DNA of 64,000 bases, taken from NCBI RefSeq assembly GCF_048593235.1, contig NC_133623.1, positions 33,782,211 through 33,846,210 on the forward strand, in the 5' to 3' direction. This document shows, one piece after another, positions 1-12,039 of the stretch; within the stretch, counting starts at the first letter, position 1; the number at the start of each line of letters is the position of its first letter. The stretch is from Sminthopsis crassicaudata (taxonomy: Eukaryota). The notes under the pieces are model-generated. The model saw nothing but the letters and a program-made list of their open reading frames with translations, ran no database searches and was not told the origin of the DNA. The translations under genes were made by a program, and so were the position numbers.

Positions 1-44
1 AGCAGTTTTTTTGGAAGGTATAGGAAAAACAAAGCACAGACATT

Positions 45-191
45 TGTTTATAGAAATCCAAGTGGATTATCATCAGGAAATGAAGGTGCCGCATATTACC
101 ATAGTCAGTGAAAAGTTAAGTGTGTACTCTCCAGAAAGGGGGCAGTAGACAGACTGGGGGGGGGGTTGGAGTCATGGTGCCTAGATTTCAA
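45..191 (+). repeat. Local duplication, copy 1 (paralogous to 3258-3401)
   Basis: TGTTTATAGAAATCCAAGTGGATTAT...GGAGTCATGGTGCCTAGATTTCAA matches 3258-3401 with about 11 substitutions and a G-run length difference. Confidence 0.9.
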
Positions 192-554
192 GTCAGCTAA
201 TGAGGTCTGCACATGCACCATATCCCTGTTACAATCTGAAACAGGACTTAAGCCTCCTCCTTCTCCTCCAAGACTAGCCCTCTACCCATTCAGCAATGAG
301 CATCCAGATAAAAACAAGTAAGACAACCCTTTTCACAAGGAACTGACATTCTAATAGGGGAAACAGTTTGAGCTCTAGGCAGATTGAGGGGTCTTATGGT
401 ACTCAGGGTGTAGAAGCAAAGCTGATGTTAATGCCCAATGCCAATGATGAAAGCTTACAAGTTTCTGATGTTGAACCCTCTGACAATAACAAAGACTTTG
501 GTGATAAGAACTTTCTTTTCTTGTCTTCACTAGCTATGGCTGTAGCACCCACAT

Positions 555-603
555 AGAGAGTTGTAAGGAAAATGTTTTCAACAACTTAAATTGCTATAAG
601 AAT
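555..603 (+). repeat. 49-bp exact duplicate of 4625-4673 (MIR-tail-derived)
   Basis: AGAGAGTTGTAAGGAAAATGTTTTCAACAACTTAAATTGCTATAAGAAT is identical at both positions. Confidence 0.9.
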
Positions 604-1099
604 ATAAGTATGTTACAACAATTGCCAGGCTTTTTTCCAAGAATGATGAACATGGATGATAGACTCCAAAAATTGTAAATCTCAAGGCTCTTGGTCTTAG
701 GATCTTGCAGTGATATCTCCATCAGAACTGGAGGAGAGATAGTGCTCAAGATGGTAGTGGCGCTTTGATATGCCTAGCACTTGCTGCCTCCTGTCTCTCC
801 CTCAGGAGGCCTTGCTGCTTCAGCTGGCCTGACTTGCCTGGTCTTTGTGTGGCAGAGGGGTGGTGGTTGGTAGGAACAGCTGGCTCCTTCTCCAAAGAAG
901 TCACGTCCCCCAATGATGGCTGTGAGGGCTGGGTGAAAGCAAAGCTGATGATCTGGGAACTATGCCACCTTGACTTAGCTGGATTAATGATTAAATTAGT
1001 TTAGATTTGTAGTGAATGCAAATTATATTCAACTATTTGTCGAGCAAGACTCAAAGAACATTGACTGGATATTAAACAAAATTCAGTGTAGTTACACCA

Positions 1100-1215
1100 C
1101 AGGGAACATTGCTCTGTAACATTGGGCAGTGTTTCTCTCCCACAGCCTCAGTTTCCTCTTCAATACAATGTAAGGGATAGGTAATATCTCTAAGCTCTTT
1201 CAGTTCTAAATCTTA
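1100..1215 (+). mobile_element. MIR/MIR3-type SINE fragment
   Basis: Core CAGCCTCAGTTTCCTC and tail ATCTCTAAGCTCTTTCAGTTCTAAATC. Confidence 0.55.
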
Positions 1216-1756
1216 TTAGAAACTGAAAGTTCTACATGATATTTGGAGGTAAAGAATTTTTTATTGGATGAGTATTGTGCCACCAAAGACAAGCTTTCTA
1301 CAGCGTTGGGAATAGCCAAAACCATCGATGGAGATCATGAGATAAATATCATAATTACAAATCATAGAAATGTTTAAAACTAAATAATAATGTTTGAACA
1401 CAGCTATAAGCAGCATGAACTACTACACAGGTCTTTGTCCTGATATCTGGGAGGGGCCTTTTTCCTTCTATGCAACAACCCTTGGGGCAATGGAGAATTT
1501 CCACAATATATGACCACACCTTTCACAAGACCTACCTCCTCCCTCACCCTCCCTGCAGAAGGAAACTCCTAGTAAGACTATTCTCCATCATCATTTCCCC
1601 TTGCACCACATTCCACTCTCCCTGTCTCCCCATCCACACTTCCCTACAACTATTTCTGCTTCTCTGCTGAGACTACTGGAGGGAAATCGTGCCCTAGGAT
1701 ATGGGGCAATGCTCTATGAGAAGTAGCTACACTGGATTTTTAAATTCAACATCCTC

Positions 1757-2849
1757 AAATATTTTTAAAAGCAAAGGTTCTGACAAAGGTCTCATTTCCA
1801 AAATATATAGAGAACTGACCCTAATTTATAAGAAACCGAACCATTCTCCAATTGATAAATGGTCAAAGGATATGAACAGACAATTCTCAGAGGAAGAAAT
1901 TGAAACTATATCCACTCACATGAAAGAGTGTTCCAAATCACTACTGATTAGAGAAATGCAAATTAAGACAACTCTGAGATACCACTACGCACCTGTCAGA
2001 TTGGCTAAGATGACAGGAACAAATAATGATGAATGTTGGAGAGGATGTGGGAAAACTGGGACACTGATGCATTGCTGGTGGAGTTGTGAAAGAATCCAGC
2101 CATTCTGGAGAGTAATTTGGAACTATGCCCAAAAAGTTATCAAACTGTGCATACCCTTTGACCCAGCAGTGCTACTACTGGGCTTATATCCCAAAGAAAT
2201 ACTAAAGAGTGGAAAGGGACCTGTATGTGCCAAAATGTTTGTGGCAGCTCTTTTTGTTGTAGCTAGAAACTGGAAGATGAATGGATGTCCATCAGTTGGA
2301 GAATGGTTGGGTAAATTGTGGTATATGAAGGTTATGGAATATTATTGTTCTGTAAGAAATGACCAGCAGGAGGAATACAGAGAGGCCTGGAGAGACTTAA
2401 ATCAACTGATGTTGAGTGAAATGAGCAGAACCAGAATATCACTGTACACTTCAACAATACTGTATGAGGATGTATTCTGATGGAAGTGGAAATCTTCAAC
2501 ATAGAGAAGATCCAACTCACTTCCAGTTGATCAATGATGGACAGAGGTAGCTACACCCAGAGAAGGAACACTGGGAAATGAATGTAAATTGTTAGCACCA
2601 ATATCTGTCTGCCCAGGTTACATGTACCTTCGGAATCTAATGCTTATTGTGCAACAAGAAAATGATATTCACACACATGTATTGTATCTAGGTTATATTG
2701 TAACACAAGTAAAATGTATGGGATTGCCTGTCATCAGGGGGAGGGAGTAGAGGGAGGAGGGGGATAATTTGGAAAAATGAATACAAGGGATAATATTATA
2801 AAAATATATATAATAAAAAATTATTAAAATTAAAAAAAAATAAAAAAAA
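1757..2849 (+). mobile_element. Young 5'-truncated LINE-1: ORF2 C-terminus, 3'UTR and poly(A)
   Basis: ORF 1701-2480 contains KGSDKGLISKIYREL...CWRGCGKTGTLMHCWW...YCSVRNDQ (L1 ORF2p cysteine-rich C-terminus); G-rich 3'UTR; A-rich tail; 16-bp TSD TAAATTCAACATCCTC at 1741-1756 and 2850-2865. Confidence 0.97.
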
Positions 2850-3024
2850 TAAATTCAACATCCTCTGAGGATGTATGTATGTATGTACATACATACAACA
2901 AGTTGTATGTATGTAGTTGTGTGTGCGCACGTGTACACACACCAATCAAATACATACATATGTGTATGTACATGTGTGATTATAAACCCACATCTACTAG
3001 AAAGCACCATGATATCCTAGAAAG

Positions 3025-3190
3025 AATACTCGAGTAGGATTCAGGAAATCTGAGTTGAAATCCTGTCTTTACCACTATCTGAACTGATAAAAATGAGTAA
3101 AATCATTCTCTTCCTTGCTGGGCCTCGGTTTCTGTATCTATAAATTATCAATATTGTACCAAATCCCTCCCAACCTTGACATCTAGCAAG
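3025..3190 (+). mobile_element. MIR SINE
   Basis: AGGAAATCTGAGTTGAAATCC head and GGGCCTCGGTTTCTGTATCTATAAA core. Confidence 0.6.
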
Positions 3191-3257
3191 CAACACAACA
3201 AAGCCCTAAGTATTAAATAAACCAAGTCTAGCCCAGTACCTAACACTGCTCAGAATA

Positions 3258-3401
3258 TGTTTATAGAAATCCAAGTGGATTATTATCAGGAGATAAAGGT
3301 GCCACATATTACCATAGTCAGTGAAAAGTTAAGTGTGTACCCTCCAAAAAGGGAGCCATAGACATACTGGGGGGTTTGGAGTCATGGTGCCTAGATTTCA
3401 A
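3258..3401 (+). repeat. Local duplication, copy 2 (runs into a MIR3 head)
   Basis: Matches 45-191; here the MIR continues to about 3535. Confidence 0.9.
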
Positions 3402-3535
3402 ACTTGTCTCTGCTATGTTTTACCTGTGTGATTTGTGGAAATTACTTCTCGGACAGTTGGCTTCCTCCTTTATCAAATGAGGGGGGCTGGATTACATGAT
3501 GACCTTTAAAGCCCTTTCAAGGTCTAAATCTACAG
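3378..3535 (+). mobile_element. MIR3-type SINE
   Basis: GGAGTCATGGTGCCTAGATTTCAAAC head and AAATGAGGGGGCTGGATTACATGATGACCTTTAAAGCCCTTTC tail. Confidence 0.65.
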
Positions 3536-4489
3536 TCCTACATTTACAGGAAGAATAATATTCCGTACTTTCTGCACATGATAGATATTGTTATATAAAC
3601 CAATATAGCCACAGTTAGGAGCCCATGTAGTTTTTTCAAGGAGTGAGAGTTCACTCTCCGGAGCTAGTCTGTTAGGAATGTGGTAAAATAGGAGAGCTGT
3701 AATTCCTGGTGATGGCCATGGACACTAAAAGTTAAAGAACACCGATGGCTTCGTTGACAGAAATCCTGCTTCTTTATCAACAAAGAAAAACTGTTGAGAT
3801 CAGCACCTACCTTGCAAGAATAATCAGTCGAAACGGGAATCTCCAAAGTCTTGCTATTTCCCTGGCCAGCAGGATACCCTGGCGGAGAGCCTACCAGCCT
3901 AGCATCAGCATGCTTCCTTTCCTCTCATCTTCAGCAGTGAACATTTCCTCCTCTACTCAATTTGCCTTAAAAGAGGGATTTGAGGGGGCATTTTCTCTTA
4001 CTCATGGCAGAAGCTTGCTACAAGTACTACAATCGCTCATTATAGCTTTGTAAAAGACTATGGATGTCCACCCAAGCCAGGCCTGGCCCCTCTTTAATGT
4101 CAAAGAACTAAGAGCCAGATGCATTCTTGTTGCAGAATTTGGCATTTGGTCATTCCCAAAAGGCACTCCCTCCTGCCTTCCCCCAATCACTGGAATGGCT
4201 TCATCTGCCTCATTTCAGGCTCCTTGTCTTCCTTCAAGACTTCGTCTTGTAGCTGGGGAATCTAGATTCTCATTTTGTCATGATCCATGATAAAGTAGAG
4301 TGACAGAAGAGAGATGATTCCTGTATATGACACTAGCATATCATAGCTAGAACGAAGTCATTGAAAACATCCCAGGAGAGTGTAAGGTCCATTTAAGGAA
4401 GAGATTACTTTGTCTCTCTGTCTCTTTCTCTTCAGTGTAGTATCTTGAATACAATATTTGGCTTAATTAAATTCTTGTGAGCAAATGAG

Positions 4490-4690
4490 CTTGGGGTCCA
4501 GAAAGACTTTGCTTGAAGTTGTACCTCCTCTATTTACTAGCTGTGTAACACTAGGTAAGACAGTGAACATCTCTGGGCACCTGTCTAAAATGGTGAGAGG
4601 AACAGTGATTTTACTACTTATCCCAGAGAGTTGTAAGGAAAATGTTTTCAACAACTTAAATTGCTATAAGAATCTGAGTATTATTGTGTC
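4490..4690 (+). mobile_element. MIR SINE; contains the duplicated 4625-4673 tail
   Basis: TTTACTAGCTGTGTAACACTAGGTAAGACAGTGAAC core followed by a MIR-type tail. Confidence 0.65.
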
Positions 4691-4769
4691 AAAAATTTCT
4701 CCTGGAAATTTTAGAACCAATTAAAAATTTTTTGATTATCTAGTTTTATCAACTTTTCCTACTACTATG

Positions 4770-4870
4770 AATCTAGAATGAGAAAGACCATAAAGAATAT
4801 CTAGCCCCCTTCCTCATTTTATAGATGAGGAAACTGGGGCCCATAGAAACTTTTCCAGAGTCAAAGAGAT
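4770..4870 (-). mobile_element. MIR SINE fragment
   Basis: CATTTTATAGATGAGGAAACTGGGGCCCA, the reverse-complement MIR core. Confidence 0.7.
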
Positions 4871-5649
4871 CTTAAATATCTGCAGATGTCAGACACACTG
4901 AATCTTGTGAGTAGATCTATCATGTGCAGTATATCTTTAGATTTAACAGTACATTCCTTCAAGGAATTCATCAGTTAAATTGAATAGTCCTTCATAGTTA
5001 AAAAAAAAAAAAAGGCAGAGACAAAATGATTGCAAGTTTAAGAGGTCATGGGAGTTTGCATTCAAGTATCATCTGAAGCTTTGGATTAAAGCTTTCAAAT
5101 GCTGTATTTAAGAAGTTCTTGGCGATTTCTCAGCACTGCCTGTCTGACTGCTCGACATATTTATTTCATAGGGTAAGAAGTAACACTAGGTGAAAATAGC
5201 TGGAGTGAGTGTTATGCAGTCCCTTTCCTGGCAACAAAATGACTGTGCCTTGCTTGTTCTGGGAAGCCTGCCAGATGAGCTCTGAAAGACTAGCAAGATG
5301 GAGATGACTGTACTGGCTAAAGGTTCACTCCAACACATGAAACGGAGCAGATCAAGTCTGTGGGAAGAAGCAAGTCAACCATGAGGAAAAGGGCATGCTC
5401 TGGCAGGATATGACATCAGAAAAAAATAGCCTACCACCTTTTATAGAACCTGAGCTTTGGACAGCACCTTTCAGGACTTTAGGGGCTTTCCAAAGAGTTG
5501 GCTTATCTTCCTCTTACAGGCAGAAGGGGGAAATGTCTAGAATGCTAACCTGAGAGACAGGAAGACAAGGATTCAAAATGGAGTGTTGACACTCTAGCTC
5601 CGGGACATAGTAAAGTCCTCTAACTTGTATGATGTTCCTGGCACTTCCT

Positions 5650-5850
5650 AGGACCAGTGTGGTGTAGGAGAAGAACCACTGTATTTAAAAGACAAAGGTG
5701 TAAGTCCAAATCCCAGCTTTCCTACTCGCTTCCTTTGTAACCCATGGCAATCTTTTTCATGTTTCAGGATTCAGGTTTCCTTATGTTAAAACAACAATGT
5801 GGGACCAGAGGAACCCTGAGGTGCCTGTGAGCTCCAAAGCTATAATCTGA
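5650..5850 (+). mobile_element. MIR3-type SINE
   Basis: CAGTGTGGTGTAGGAGAAGA head, AAATCCCAGCTTTCCTACT and CAGGTTTCCTTATGTTAAAA core. Confidence 0.6.
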
Positions 5851-6544
5851 CCTTTAATTATCCACATTCACAGAGGAAAATGCCTCCAATCTCCCCCTTG
5901 CCCCTCCTCCTATAAGGAATGAACAGAATCCCACAACCTAACAGCCTGGTGAAATACCATATAAGTCCTTTTCGCCCATGAAAAATACAGATCCAGGAGA
6001 GATGGAACATGGGTACATAGGCAGTTAGCAGCAGAGTAGGAAATGGGCTCCAAGAACTAGGTCCTTCACTCTGGAGACTATCCATAATTTCATCTCAGCT
6101 CTCTCTTGCCAGTATCACACACACCTATATTTGCTGCTTAATGAATTGGGCAAGAGGGGAAGCACTCCCTTTGGACTACGAGACAACAAAATAACACCTC
6201 CTGTCCCTCCAGATTCCGGAATACCAGATGCAAACAAGCAGGGATTTGCTCATCATGGCTACTCAGACCACACGAGGTACCCAATAATGGTTAATTACCG
6301 ATTTCGAGGTGATGAGGGGAAGCCAGGAGCCAAGGAGTTTGGTGAGAGCCCTCAGGAAGCTACTTGTCCTTTCTGAGCTTTGGCTGGATTTGACGGATTT
6401 TCAAGTCCCTTTTTCCAGAGTTAACTTTCTTTGCTTCAAAGGCCGTTACTGTGACGATTCTGAAATCATAGGAAAGGAGGATCAAAGAAGAATCTACACA
6501 TGGTGTCAAACTCACTTTTTCTCCTTGTAAAATGGTGGAGCAGA

Positions 6545-6760
6545 ACTAAAAACAAAAGCATACATTTATAGAGCATTTTAAGGGTTATGAAGTTGGTGGA
6601 GGCGTTTTCCCCTATTATAACCATATGTGAAGACATTGAATTGATGAAGTCACTGAGGAAGGTTCGGGGTAGTTAAGTCACCCAGGAAAGACAAATGAGA
6701 GCCAAGACTCCAAATCAGGGCTTCTCCTCAAAGTCCAGTTCTCACTCCCTCAAGGCTAAG
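6545..6760 (-). mobile_element. MIR SINE
   Basis: CATTTATAGAGCATTTTAAGG...GATGAAGTCACTGAGG...GTTAAGTCACCCAGG. Confidence 0.55.
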
Positions 6761-8269
6761 CTCTCTTTCCTTGGTCACTTCTTATTCTTCCATGATGCTC
6801 GCTTCTATTAGTTTTCCATTGTATCCAGAATGGAGAAAGGGAGATGGGAAGAATAGAAAAGGAAAAATGCCATGTGAAATGGGTATCTATTTTGTTGTCT
6901 TTCTGTCAGTTTGTCCTATCTGTTAATATTGTGACTGTACCACTGGGCAGCTCCAATCCTACTTAGGGAGCAAGACTGTGGCAGTTGCCACATAATTTTT
7001 AATGCCTAACAAATGTACAAGGAGGCATTTAGTAAATGGATTTTTATGATGATAAACAGCTGCTCTCCATTAGGCGTATTAAGTTGAAGACATTGGCCCC
7101 ACGCTGTATATCCATGCACCTTCATTATATTTACTTAGTAGTATGAAAGAATAATAAAATGCTAGATCCACAAGGGCTGTTAGATATCATTTAGTCCATT
7201 TGCCTCATATTACAAATGGGGAAAAAAAAAACAAACGGGGAAACCGATTCTCAGGCTAAGAAAAGAACTTAGCCAAGAGCTTATGAGCCATGTGATTAAA
7301 TTCCATTTTCCCTCACTTTCAGATCAGCTTTTTCTATAATATTTAGGCATTAATTTGTCTCGGGCCTTAGCTGAGAAAGGGATGATGAAAAGCCATTACC
7401 TCAGAAGATTTATCTCCAGTTTTTAGAACTTAATTGAACCCAATGACTTAAGGACTTTTCTAAAAAATCTGAAATGTTACAAGCAGCTAAAAATTCACAT
7501 TGTACCATACATGAGTGATTCGACATGTGTGTCAGTAGTCAATTCCAAGAGATTTCAAGCAGAGCCAAACCGTGTCAGGCATCCGACGCCACGCTTTTCT
7601 GATATGGACAAAGCTCCACCAGAGTACTCCTCCTATGGCTCATCAGGGCATGGAGGTGACCTTGTGATCTTAAAGGCTGTGCTGATAGAGTTTTGAAAGC
7701 ACTGCTAGGACCCAACAACCTGGAAAGACTATGGGATGATAGTAGTTTGATATAGTATGATATAGCATATAGTGTGTTCCCAGGGAGAGATTCTGTGTAT
7801 TCTGTCCAAAGGCCAGTCTAGGTGAGTATAGAAGAGGCCGAGCACCCAGCAGCACACTGGGCACCAGGTGATGAGCTCCTTGGCCATGGTGGCAGACAGA
7901 AATGTAAGAGTGCTCTCAAATCTTTGTGGTCCCTTTTAACTCCAATAGAAGAAAAGATTAAGATGAAAATAAATGTGTGTTGTTTGTTTTTTACAATAGT
8001 TTTAACATGACCTATTTAACTTTGTTGCTGTCTCTTAAAAATGAGAAATGGTAAAGAAGCTGACTCATTATACCCATTTCTAAGAGAAGTTTATCTGATA
8101 GAAAAGTTGAAATTCCAAGACACTATACAGACTCCTCTCTGGGATCACTCCCTTAAAGTGTACTGGAAGGTTGGACTCCTAAAGAGGCTGTTACTACTGT
8201 TTTTCAGGGTGCTAGGGATACCTCTGTGGCTGGTTATCCTCCCAATATAAGCTCACAAGCCACCAAGAC

Positions 8270-9095
8270 CTCCCCTTTCCTAACTTCCTCTGCCTAACTT
8301 CTTCCCTGGGCACCAGACACACAATCCTGCAGCCATCTTTGACTCCTCACTCTGTCTACCACCAACCCCTCCCACATACAATGTGCTGTGAAGTCCTGTT
8401 AATTCTACTTCACTACAACCTCCTATATACTCCCTTCCCTCTTCTGATTCTGTTACTACCCTAGTGTAAGCCCTCATCACTTCAAGCCTTCGATACTGAC
8501 ATAGACTTTTGCTTGGTCTATCTGTCTCAAGTCCTACCTTGCTCTGGTCTGTCCTCCATTTGGCAGTCAAAGGGATATTCCCAAAGCACAGGTCTGACTA
8601 TCTCTTATTCAATACATGCCGGTGCCTGGCAGCCACCTCCAGGATCAAATTTAAAATCCTTTTCTTCCTCCTCCATTAGTAAACTGGCCTTCCTCTCCTT
8701 CCATTCATTTAAAATCCACACACTCTAGGATCCAACGATACTGGTTTTATTCCTCTTCCTGGCCCAAGATCTCATCCCCTGATTCCAAGCATTTTCACTG
8801 GCTGTCCTCCATGCTTCAAACACTTTCTTCCTCATCTCTCTTTCCCAGCTCCTCTGGCTTCCTTCAAGTTTCAGCTAACCCCCTTCTAAAAGAATCCTTT
8901 CCCAAGGCCTTCTTAATCTCCTTACCTTTCCCCTGGGGTTCCCTTCAGTTTTTCCTGCCTATATCTTATTTGCTTCTACTTTATTTTGACTCCCCCACTG
9001 GACTATGATCTCCTTGACTGCAGGAAATGGGTGGTTTTCTTTCTGTCTCAGTGCTCAGCACCATGCTTAGTAGACAGTAGGTGCATAATGAAGCA
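8270..9095 (+). mobile_element. L2 LINE 3' portion
   Basis: Pyrimidine-rich L2 body (CCCTCATCACTTCAAGCC, CCCAAAGCACAGGTCTGAC) ending in AGCACCATGCTTAGTAGACAGTAGGTGCATAAT. Confidence 0.8.
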
Positions 9096-9889
9096 TCCAG
9101 ATATTTTTTATTTATTATCTTTTCTTATGTCTTACTGAGGTAAATGCATACAAGAAAAATTAAAATTAAATCATTTAAAAACCCACATGATGATTTTTTC
9201 TCCAGTTTCCAACACAAATTATTATATTTTCCTGTAAGTTTAAATAGCAAATGTTTGGATACGTAATATTTGGAGTTATTTAAAATTTAATTTGGCCCAA
9301 TATGGACTATCTGGATGTAAGATACACCTATTTTAAGGTCCCTCTCTTTATGTTGCTGAAACTTTTTAATGTCACAATTTAATAATCAAAGAATCATTCT
9401 ACCAAGTACCAGAATTGATCATCTTCCTCATTTCATCTTTCCTTTACATTTATTATTACCATGGAGAACAAAACAGTAACCTGGTAGAGGAAAACCTTCC
9501 TTGGCCTTCTGGAAGGCCACAATAAAGGAGTTCAAAAATACAGCTATCTAACTCCAATTCCAAGCTTTTCCAAATATTCTCCAGTGAATAATAATTTCCC
9601 CTTTTAATGGCATTTCAAAGTTTCCTGAGAACTTTTCCCACTTCAGCTCTGTGAAGGAGGTAGGAAAATACTACTGGGACTTGAGAAATGAAGGATTCTG
9701 CTGTGAACTAATTCTGAGACTTAGATCATGACTGTCAAAAGTCTTGGAGAAACTCCAAGACTCCAGGATCTACTTCTCTTTAAACTACTTAGCTCAGGGC
9801 TGCACAGACAGGAGGCACAAGGTCAAAACTTGCCAGATGAACAAGACTCAAAATGCCTTAGAAAAAGTGGAAACTATGGTCCTAATTTT

Positions 9890-9892
<3 letters not shown>

Positions 9893-9923
<31 letters not shown>
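9893..9923. repeat. (CA)n microsatellite
   Basis: Seen directly. Confidence 0.98.
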
Positions 9924-9925
<2 letters not shown>

Positions 9926-10589
9926 TAAATTTAGGGGAAACACACAGGAATAAAGGGAACAGAATCATAAATCCAAGAATTGATAAAAAAAAAATACCTC
10001 TAATTCAGGCTTGGAATAAGTGGCTAACTTGCAATACAAATCAACTTTAGCTAAAAAATGTTCATATACCACACATGGGTAAATTCTTCTTTTTCAAAGA
10101 ATTTCCATGTAACCTTGATGTTCAGGCATATTTCTTCCAAAGTTCAAGTACACTCAGTTCTAGCAAAGCTCACCATGGCTTTCCCAGTCATTTGCATAAA
10201 AAGATGTGTGGTTCCCAGTCAGTACAACTTGTTCCCTTTCCTCATCTGTTCTTAGTTAAGACAGACTAAGTTCACTGTTATCTTCAACAGCAAACAGCAA
10301 GCCTTTGTAAAATATACTACATTGGCACTTTCCTATGGACATGTCAGTTTGGGAAAATACTTAATATCGTAATAATATTATATAATACTATAAAATAATA
10401 ATACTAGGTAGTCTTATCATTATGTCCTTAGGCAAATGGCAAAATCAGTCATGCCAACTTTAGTTCAAATTACTTGGTTATTGGTTTGTCCCCAAAGAGT
10501 GTTGCTTCTCTTTCTGTAACTGAAAATCTGTTCCAGCAAATCCCAGGCTAGGCTATCTAAAACTTAATGTCCTTGGTTCTTGAAGAGAA

Positions 10590-10815
10590 CCATGACAGTA
10601 GGGAGGTGATGCCATGAGATGCGAGTGAAGTGGATTGAAGTGAGGGAGGGCAATATGGCACGAAGGCAGGAGTCAGAAGGAAGGAGGTAAGTGTACAAGG
10701 CTCTTCTTCTATACCTGAAGCAAATTTCCTTTACTCCTGGGCCTTCTATCTGCAAAATGAAAAGGTTTAACTAAATCATGACAAAGGTCTAAACTCTAAA
10801 ATTCTAAGTTTCTCG
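10590..10815 (+). mobile_element. RTE-head-derived SINE fragment followed by a MIR3-type tail
   Basis: CAGTAGGGAGGTGATGCCATGAGATGCGAGTGAAGTGGATTGAAGTGAGGGAGGGC, then CTTCTATCTGCAAAATGAAAAGG. Confidence 0.6.
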
Positions 10816-12039
10816 ATATTATAAATTACAGTCTACTCTATGTGATCTTCCTTGGCCTTTGTGTTTCACTTAAGCGATGTTCTGAACTTTGTAACGTCTG
10901 CAGGTACATCTCAAATGGGACCACTGAGAGTGTATATCATGAAGGGATTGTGTCCCTATGCAACATAACCCAATATGCTTCTAACAAATCCAGTTTAACA
11001 AAACCCAAACTACAAATTTAATCAATGGCAACACGTGTTTTGAAGCAACAAGTCCATAAAATATAAGATTATCATGCCATTCTGAACAGTTTCTAAAAGA
11101 TAAAACTTCTATTATTAACCTAAACCCATGATTATCCAAAGGCAAAAGGCAAGTAAATACACTCTGATGCCAAGGATTTCTTTTTAAAATAAGTTTCTTG
11201 GGGGTCAGAATAGACTCAACTCAATTTCTCTCATCTTTTCTTACAGTAATATCACCATAACGGATGTTCAGAGGCTCTTGAAAGATCCTGAATCACAAAA
11301 GAAAGTTTGAATTATGTTTGACACATTATACTTACTAAAAGAACAAAATGAACTTGTGCATTTTAGAAATTAATTGGACAGCAAGAGTTAAAGACCCAGC
11401 TCTTCAGTAAAGTCATTAATTCTAATGACAGTACAAGAATAATACTTCAAAGTGTTTTCCCTAACACCTGGGGTGCAGTCTCCCCCAAATACACAAACCA
11501 CCTTCCTTTTGAGATGACCTCCCTAGTGACATGTCTACATTTTGAGTGCAAATAGCTATTTCCATGTTATCTTTTCCAGGAAAAAAATAAGAGATGCCTC
11601 CTTGGGGGCAGGAATCCAATTGTCTGACAGGTACTAAGCACTTAAATGCTTGGGAACCAACTGACTTCAATGAATGACCTTAAGCCTTGGAGTCTCATAC
11701 ATCTCTCCCCTGGGACTCTATCTGAGTAGGAAAAGGCAATAGTCTAGCCCCTGCTGCTCAACAGTCCTTTCTGAGTCTCAGAAAGACATCTGACCTTAGC
11801 ATACCATGAGCAGTCTCTATGCACTTATACTTCCCAGAATTCTTTTGGGGTTGTATTCAAATAAGTGGCTAGGGAACAAGGCCAGAGTAGTGCCTGTGTC
11901 ACTGTTTTTTGTTGGTCTCTTCCAGTGAGATTGAGCTAAAACTCTTTCTTAAGTACAGGATATTTATTTTGCACTTGAAAATCTCCCCTTTACATTTCAG
12001 TGTCTCATCTTTCACCATCTAATTATGGATTAGCCTCAC

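Noticed and set aside
6131-6376. ORF with collagen-like RGDEGKPGAK
   Set aside because: The Gly-X-Y register lasts only three triplets and there is no matching 54-nt-type exon structure.
6794-6803. TGCTCGCTTC, similar to the U6 snRNA 5' end
   Set aside because: Only 10 nt match and the rest of U6 is absent.
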